Shown here piece after piece: positions 58,535 through 64,000 of a stretch of DNA of 64,000 nt. The notes beneath the pieces were generated by a model that did not search any database, was not told where the DNA came from, and saw only the letters and a program-made list of their open reading frames with translations. Origin of the DNA: a virus. Lineage: Duplodnaviria > Heunggongvirae > Uroviricota > Caudoviricetes. The position numbers were made by a program, and so were the translations under genes. Every line of letters begins with the position of its first letter. Positions within the stretch are counted from its first letter, which is position 1. Where the stretch lies: positions 23,323 through 87,322 of the IMG/VR virus record IMGVR_UViG_650377940_000003; one strand, 5' to 3'.

Positions 58535-58741
58535 ATGGATATCAACGAAATTAAGATGTTTGAGCAGAAGATGATTGATAGTGCATTTATTGATGCTGTT
58601 GATTATGATCCAAAGGTGGCTGCACGAGCTGTAGGAGCACGCAAGATGAAAATGAAGGGCGTATGCTCTTTTAACGAGTACATTGGATATTTGCAGACAA
58701 TCACTGGCAATGCAAAGTTGTTCTGGAAGTATCAGTTTTGA
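58535..58741 (+). CDS. Hypothetical protein
   Basis: GGAGG RBS. Confidence 0.55.
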   Translation: MDINEIKMFEQKMIDSAFIDAVDYDPKVAARAVGARKMKMKGVCSFNEYIGYLQTITGNAKLFWKYQF

Positions 58742-58750
58742 GGTGACGAT

Positions 58751-59011
58751 ATGGTTTTGAAGCTTGAGTTTACAGATGGTCACGAGCCTTGGATATCATT
58801 CCCTATGAATAGAGAAGAGGCTCTAAAACTGTGGAATAGTCTAAGTAAGATGCCAACGATACGACCGGAGTTTAGATTTGGCAAATTGAAGTGTCGATGT
58901 GATTGTCTTGGCAACTGGTATGTTGCTCAGTGGTTTGATGGAATGCATAAGAGTAAGACATTCAGATATCTTGCCAATGCCTTGAAATACATGGAAAAAG
59001 AAACGGCTTGA
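58751..59011 (+). CDS. Hypothetical protein
   Basis: GAGGTG RBS. Confidence 0.55.
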   Translation: MVLKLEFTDGHEPWISFPMNREEALKLWNSLSKMPTIRPEFRFGKLKCRCDCLGNWYVAQWFDGMHKSKTFRYLANALKYMEKETA

Positions 59012-59041
59012 TAAAACAGTTCTTCTAGGAGGGAAGATAAA

Positions 59042-59287
59042 ATGAATGAAAAGCAATTTGCAATTGATACACCTATCGGAAAGATTATCGCAGAAGGCAT
59101 TACAGAGCCATATCCTGAGATTGTGATTTACCTTAAAAGAAATGATGGCGAAACAATTAACCTGTCCAGTATCAATTACGAAAGTTGTGGTGATATTGAA
59201 AGTTATCTTTGGATGGATGTGTTCAGTGATGAGTACACGAATCATAAGAGCTGGCCGTTTGAAGATTTGACCGCAGATTTTTCTTAA
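59042..59287 (+). CDS. Hypothetical protein
   Basis: GGAGG RBS. Confidence 0.55.
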   Translation: MNEKQFAIDTPIGKIIAEGITEPYPEIVIYLKRNDGETINLSSINYESCGDIESYLWMDVFSDEYTNHKSWPFEDLTADFS

Positions 59288-59310
59288 TAAATATAAAGGA
59301 GTAAAACAAA

Positions 59311-60627
59311 ATGACTACCAACAATCCTATGACCGTAATAACCTCAAAGTCCTTTGGCGCACTGAATGTGGATGTGTACCAGAATGACAAGCACCAGTAT
59401 TACATGACTCGTGAACAGATTGGTGCAGCGCTAGAGTACAATAATCCTAATAAGGCAATTCAAAACATCCATGTTAAGAATACGGATCGTCTTGACCCTC
59501 TTTCAACATTCCTCAAACTGAGGAAAGTTGAGGGCGGAATCACGAAGGAACGTGAATATATTGTTTACAGTTTGCGTGGTGTTATGGAAATCTGCCGTCT
59601 GTCACGTCAGCCGAAAGCAGATGCGTTCATGGATTTCTGCTGGGACATTATGGAATCTCTGATGCGTGGTGATTCTGTTTTGGCTACTCCTAAGATGGAT
59701 GCTGCACTGAGCAAAGAATTCATTGATGTAAGACTTCACGCTCTGTTTGATAGTATGAAGAACCTTCAGAATGAACTTAATTCCACCCGTAAGGATCTCA
59801 GTGAACAGATTGAGGAGGCTCGCGCCACCAGCAATGAAGCGCTGAATGTGATTAGCAGCGTATCTCAGTGTGTCCATCAGATTAAGGACAAGCAGATGGA
59901 TGATGCGATTCGTTCTACTAGAAACTTCACTCCTCGTAAGGATGTGATGAGTGACTGGCGTAAGAAGATGTATGAACGTATCAATGTGATTGCCGCAATC
60001 AATGAAATGAAGGTTCAGGATGTGTTCCGTGATATTTACGAATATATGAATCGTGTCTATACCTTCGTTATTGAGGAAGAGCGCAGAAAGTATTGTGCAA
60101 GAACCGGTCGCACTGGTCATATTCCTACGATTGATGTGGTTGAAGCAAGTACGATGTATAAGTCCATCTTTGGTGCCTTGGTTGAAGATTCGTATACTGA
60201 AGCAATCAATAAGAAGAAGGAAGAGACCGCTGATCAGAAAGCTCTGCCTGAAGCTAAGGCTGTTGAAGCAGCTCCTGAAGTGGATGTTTGTGTTGCTCCT
60301 GTGATTGATGTAGAAGCCAAGGAAGTTGAACCTGAGCCGGTTGTAGAGGAGAAGCCTAAGAAGCAGACTGAGACGGCAAAGATTCTTTTCCCTATTATGC
60401 TTCCTCTGGCAGAAAAGCTTGGTGATAAGCCGCAGTACAAGCACACTTACACTCTGATTTATGAGCGTATTGGCTATAAGAAAATGAATAATTTGTTTGT
60501 GGCTTACGAAAAGGCACACGGTAAGGCACCTCATCCGAAAACTAAGGTGTTTATCGAAAATGAAAAGAGCCTCGCGCTGTTTAAGAAGACTGTAAAGCAG
60601 CTGATGAAGGAACAGGAGAATAAGTAA
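59311..60627 (+). CDS. BRO-N domain protein (antirepressor-like)
   Basis: MTREQIGAALEY.NP..AI...H...YSLRGVMEICRLSRQPKADAFMDF; coiled-coil middle. Confidence 0.82.
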   Translation: MTTNNPMTVITSKSFGALNVDVYQNDKHQYYMTREQIGAALEYNNPNKAIQNIHVKNTDRLDPLSTFLKLRKVEGGITKEREYIVYSLRGVMEICRLSRQPKADAFMDFCWDIMESLMRGDSVLATPKMDAALSKEFIDVRLHALFDSMKNLQNELNSTRKDLSEQIEEARATSNEALNVISSVSQCVHQIKDKQMDDAIRSTRNFTPRKDVMSDWRKKMYERINVIAAINEMKVQDVFRDIYEYMNRVYTFVIEEERRKYCARTGRTGHIPTIDVVEASTMYKSIFGALVEDSYTEAINKKKEETADQKALPEAKAVEAAPEVDVCVAPVIDVEAKEVEPEPVVEEKPKKQTETAKILFPIMLPLAEKLGDKPQYKHTYTLIYERIGYKKMNNLFVAYEKAHGKAPHPKTKVFIENEKSLALFKKTVKQLMKEQENK

Positions 60628-61248
60628 ATGTATGTAATATCGAATGGTCACAACTACATTATGAAACGGAAGGGAGGTCGAATCTGCGCCACCTGTGATA
60701 TCAATCTGGCATTACAGTTTGAATCCAAGGGACTGGCGATTTGTGAAATCAACAAACTTCCCGCCGGGTATAAGAACGGGCGCTACGCACCGAAGTCTAT
60801 GGATGAAGCTACCATCGCAGGCAAGAGTCCAAATATAACGGCTCCGGCTGTAAAGCCAAATACATACGCATTTCACATGGAAGATTCTGAATGGCTGGCG
60901 GAACTTAAAAAGAATTTGGTTATCACAGATAAAACTATGTGTAATCTGAAAGAGATGTATTCAAAAGTGTACGGTGATTTGACTGCTGCAAGTGATGAGA
61001 TTGATGATCTTGAGCACGCTATTGAGTTCAAAACTGTGAATGCAGCACAAGGTTATCAGCTTATGGCAGAACTCAAAAGAGCTCGCCGGAGGCGTAGAGA
61101 AGCTAAGGACGCAAAGCTTTTGCTTGAGATCGTTATGAATACAGAAACCAGAGAATGGGGAGATGGCAAGCTAGAGACTGCTATTGAGCAACTTGGCACT
61201 CGTCAGTTTACTCCGAAGGTTCGTAATGATCTATTTGAAAAGAATTGA
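60628..61248 (+). CDS. Hypothetical coiled-coil protein
   Basis: 206-aa ORF abutting the BRO gene. Confidence 0.6.
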   Translation: MYVISNGHNYIMKRKGGRICATCDINLALQFESKGLAICEINKLPAGYKNGRYAPKSMDEATIAGKSPNITAPAVKPNTYAFHMEDSEWLAELKKNLVITDKTMCNLKEMYSKVYGDLTAASDEIDDLEHAIEFKTVNAAQGYQLMAELKRARRRRREAKDAKLLLEIVMNTETREWGDGKLETAIEQLGTRQFTPKVRNDLFEKN

Positions 61249-61508
61249 GGTACATAAAAATGAAGGTCTATATTTTGCACGAATGTATTGATTCTAGCGA
61301 TTTTTACGCAGAAGATAATGTGATTATGGTCACAAAGGATAGAGTCAAAGCAATTGATAAAATGGTATTCCTGTTCAATGAAAGCAAGGATGACCTACAG
61401 CCTGTGAGCGATGATGAGACGTGGTGCGAAGCTGCGGAAGCATCTGTTGTTTGTAGTGGTGAAAGTTATTATCGTCATCACTGGAAGATTAATGAATTCG
61501 AGGTGTGA
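61245..61508 (+). CDS. Hypothetical protein
   Basis: 87-aa ORF (likely start ATG at 61260). Confidence 0.5.
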   Translation: MRYIKMKVYILHECIDSSDFYAEDNVIMVTKDRVKAIDKMVFLFNESKDDLQPVSDDETWCEAAEASVVCSGESYYRHHWKINEFEV

Positions 61509-61511
61509 GTT

Positions 61512-61694
61512 ATGCTCAAATATGGAAATATAACGTGTAAACGTTGTGGTATTACATGGTATGGACCAAAATGCGGAAAGCTTTACTGTGAAGAGTGTCG
61601 TAAGGTTGTAAACAACGAGAAGAGTCTCAAATGGTACAGAAGTAATAGAGAGCTTGTTGCAAGGAATCGTGCAGAGAGAAAGGCAATGAGGTGA
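61512..61694 (+). CDS. Small Zn-finger protein
   Basis: CKRC...CEEC. Confidence 0.55.
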   Translation: MLKYGNITCKRCGITWYGPKCGKLYCEECRKVVNNEKSLKWYRSNRELVARNRAERKAMR

Positions 61695-62518
61695 ATGTGA
61701 TGAGTGCAGTTGTTGAAAGAAAAGAAGAACAGATATCTAAATTGATCTATTTTAATCCGAAGCCTTCTGTTCCGGCTAAAAAACGTGGTGTTACAAAAAG
61801 TAAGCAGAAGCGCAAGCGTAATATTTCTCCAATTAGAAGCTTGGATGATGTTCAAATGATTTCGGAATACTTCTGGGATAAAAAGCAATATCGCAATTGG
61901 TGTCTATTTAATGTCGGTATTGCAACTGGGTTGCGTGCTAGTGACTTGCTTAAATTGAAAGTTTCTGATATGTCTTACTGTCTTTATAATGGAAAAATTG
62001 AGGTGGTTGAGGACGCAGGAACTTGCATCGTCGAAGAAAAGACTTCTAAATATCGTGAAATCATTCTTACTCCAGAAGCGAGAGACATCGTTGAAACGTA
62101 CATCAGGATTGCGAATCTTGAATATGACGATTGGATGTTTCCGTCTCGGCAGGGGAGTTGGAAAAAGTCGTTGAGGACAAATGGTGGGGATGGGAAAACC
62201 GGTATTCCTCATATTGCAGAACCCAAAAAGGCCGGTGATCCTATTGATGTTGATTCTTTTGCTCGTATTCTTCGTAATGCTGGTAAGGATTTAGGTCTTA
62301 ATTATAAGATTGCATCTCATTCTTGTCGTAAGACATTTGGTTATCGTGAGATGTGTCTTAATAAGGATGATAACCAGGCATTGTCTTGGATTCAGGGTCA
62401 GTTGAATCATAGTAGTCAGGATATTACATTACGGTATGTTGGTTTTGATGATGATAAGGCAAAAGAATATTATAAGAAGACTTTTTATGGTGTGAATACA
62501 CACAGCTTGGAAGACTGA
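61691..62518 (+). CDS. Tyrosine recombinase (catalytic domain only)
   Basis: TGLRASDLL, SHSCRKTFGY, LNHSS and ITLRY: full R-H-R-H-Y set. Confidence 0.92.
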   Translation: MNVMSAVVERKEEQISKLIYFNPKPSVPAKKRGVTKSKQKRKRNISPIRSLDDVQMISEYFWDKKQYRNWCLFNVGIATGLRASDLLKLKVSDMSYCLYNGKIEVVEDAGTCIVEEKTSKYREIILTPEARDIVETYIRIANLEYDDWMFPSRQGSWKKSLRTNGGDGKTGIPHIAEPKKAGDPIDVDSFARILRNAGKDLGLNYKIASHSCRKTFGYREMCLNKDDNQALSWIQGQLNHSSQDITLRYVGFDDDKAKEYYKKTFYGVNTHSLED

Positions 62519-62523
62519 GGCGT

Positions 62524-63201
62524 ATGATGGCTGATACTTATATTAAGATCTGGGATACTTACGAGAGCTACTTTGAACCCCTTAGTGCTGCCGAGGTAGG
62601 GCGTCTGGTACTGGCGATGATGAAATATAAATCGTCTGGAACGGAGCCTGAACTCAACGGAAATGAGCGGTATGTGTGGCCTGCTGTGAAGAGAGATTTG
62701 GATAAAGATGCCGAATACATCGAAGGTAAGAGAATTTCTGGTAAAGCTGGTGGCTCATCAAGCAAGCGTAAGCAAAACGAAGCAAACGCAAGCAAAACAA
62801 AGCTAGAAAAAGAAAAAGAGAAAGAAAAAGATAAGATATCGTCTTCGTCTTGTTGTGAGACGACAACGACGAAACCTATCGAAGATGTTTTCCGAGAGAA
62901 TATCGGGAAGCTTGGTGCTACTAGTCAAAAGGCTTTAGCAAAATATGTTGATCGCATGGGTGACGAACTTGTGCTTGCTGTGATTGGTAAGTGTTCGGAT
63001 CTGGGTGGTAGTACATGGGCTTATGTGCGAAAAGCTTTGGATGAAGCAGAATCTCTTGGTTGCAAGACTGCTGATGATTATCGCCGGGCTTGTCCGATAG
63101 GGAGTGGTCGTAATCTTAGAGTGAGTAGGGAGATGCCTAGCGGTGGTGATTGGCTGAAGAACGCAACGCATAGACGTCCGCTAATAAAGAAAGACGCTTA
63201 A
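62524..63201 (+). CDS. Replication initiator-like protein (DUF6291-like N-terminus plus DnaD-like domain)
   Basis: SYFEPLSAAEVGRLVLAMMKY; C-terminal MGDELVLAVI...TWAYVRKALDEA. Confidence 0.75.
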   Translation: MMADTYIKIWDTYESYFEPLSAAEVGRLVLAMMKYKSSGTEPELNGNERYVWPAVKRDLDKDAEYIEGKRISGKAGGSSSKRKQNEANASKTKLEKEKEKEKDKISSSSCCETTTTKPIEDVFRENIGKLGATSQKALAKYVDRMGDELVLAVIGKCSDLGGSTWAYVRKALDEAESLGCKTADDYRRACPIGSGRNLRVSREMPSGGDWLKNATHRRPLIKKDA

Positions 63202-63224
63202 AAGTAATATTTTAGGAGGAGCTT

Positions 63225-63416
63225 ATGGGTAATTGGTACAAAGTATCAGGTCAATACGATGACGGTTGTAAGGTGTATAAGAAAGACTATATCGTCTTTG
63301 CAGAGTCTAGCTCTGATGCAGAACAAAAGATTTTTCACTTGAAATTGCCGTATGATTGTTCTTTTTTCCCTTGCACGGTAACTCAGTTGATTAAAAATAT
63401 TATTTATGAATTTTAA
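63225..63416 (+). CDS. Hypothetical protein
   Basis: Bracketed by two perfect TAAAA-N6-TTTTA motifs. Confidence 0.55.
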   Translation: MGNWYKVSGQYDDGCKVYKKDYIVFAESSSDAEQKIFHLKLPYDCSFFPCTVTQLIKNIIYEF

Positions 63417-63436
63417 TAAAAGAGTGATTTTAGGAG

Positions 63437-63631
63437 ATGAATGCGATGAATGAAGATATCGTTTTGCGAGGCGATGAAGCAAAGCAGCTTGTGTATAATC
63501 TGCATCATCCCAATGTTGCTAAAATAGTGGAAGAGAATAGACGACGGGATAAGGCACTTGATGAAGTGAACTATCAGGAAACAGATGATGGTTTTATGTT
63601 TGATATTGATAAAAATAAATTGGAGGTTTAG
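63437..63631 (+). CDS. Hypothetical protein
   Basis: AGGAG RBS. Confidence 0.55.
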   Translation: MNAMNEDIVLRGDEAKQLVYNLHHPNVAKIVEENRRRDKALDEVNYQETDDGFMFDIDKNKLEV

Positions 63632-63634
63632 ATT

Positions 63635-64000
63635 ATGGGACTGTTACTTGGTTTGGGTTTGCTTGGAGCGGCATTTGGCATTGATGCAGCAAAGCAAGCA
63701 CCGTTTGATAGAGCGTATCGCCGTCTTGAAAATGAATGGGGGACTTGTACATCGGAAGAGAGTAAGCGATGTGATGCTCTGAAGTATGCTGTGCAGAATG
63801 GTTTGTGTTTCGAGGATGAAAGGAAACCTGTGATTGAGTGGCAGAAGCTGAGAGATCTTCAGTGGAAATATCAGCTGGCTGGTATCTCTTGGCCGAGAGA
63901 ATCTGCGATTCGAGATGTATGCCGTCTGGCGGCTCGTGACCGTGGATTTGAGTACAAAGGGTATCTGCGAAACACACTGACCTTTGGTTATATCACTGAT
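63635..64000 (+). CDS. Hypothetical protein with hydrophobic N-terminus (partial)
   Basis: MGLLLGLGLLGAAFGIDAAKQAPF...; GGAGG RBS; open to the window end. Confidence 0.6.
   Translation, partial: MGLLLGLGLLGAAFGIDAAKQAPFDRAYRRLENEWGTCTSEESKRCDALKYAVQNGLCFEDERKPVIEWQKLRDLQWKYQLAGISWPRESAIRDVCRLAARDRGFEYKGYLRNTLTFGYITD

Larger units (their letters stand above)
10971..63432. repeat. Dispersed palindrome TAAAA-N6-TTTTA at gene junctions
   Basis: Perfect copies starting at 10971, 29852, 30064, 37970, 47026, 47905, 50727, 54704, 56101, 63199 and 63417 (plus 7541 inside the TMP intron); one-mismatch copies at 42099, 45751, 50139, 50394, 55580, 57738 and 59012. Confidence 0.75.

Noticed and set aside
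59602-60651. 349-aa minus-strand ORF and 43612..44544
   Set aside because: Shadow ORFs opposite well-supported plus-strand genes.
1-64000. Alternative genetic code (stop-codon reassignment) as the cause of split genes
   Set aside because: All gene breaks are explained by introns; other long genes read through normally in code 11 and no suppressor tRNA was seen.

Overview
This 64 kb window is part of a large SPbeta-like tailed phage or prophage of a Bacillota host (probably Clostridia; the host is inferred). Positions 1-41350 are almost all minus-strand. They hold tail, head, portal and terminase genes in SPbeta-like order, a tRNA cluster, a metallophosphoesterase, PhoH, ClpP and a YonO-like single-subunit RNA polymerase. 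A ~2 kb non-coding switch region (41350-43420) follows, then a dense plus-strand array of small early genes ending in a BRO-N protein, a tyrosine recombinase and a DnaD-like protein. Three essential virion genes are split by four group I introns that I reconstructed by hand: one in the tape measure gene, one in the major capsid gene and two in the terminase large subunit. The most striking feature is the tape-measure intron (4937-7733). It has no homing endonuclease. Instead a ~2.35 kb loop, closed by an 8-bp long-range stem, carries independently promoted cargo genes: a type I toxin-antitoxin locus, a membrane protein, an AT-hook-like coiled-coil protein and an antisense zinc-ribbon gene. The loop also contains terminator-like hairpins in the intron's own direction. 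Other leads are a terminase intron with no canonical in-frame splice solution, a TAAAA-N6-TTTTA palindrome recurring at gene junctions, and two families of operator-like repeats. All calls come from manual reading; no database search or RNA folding was run.
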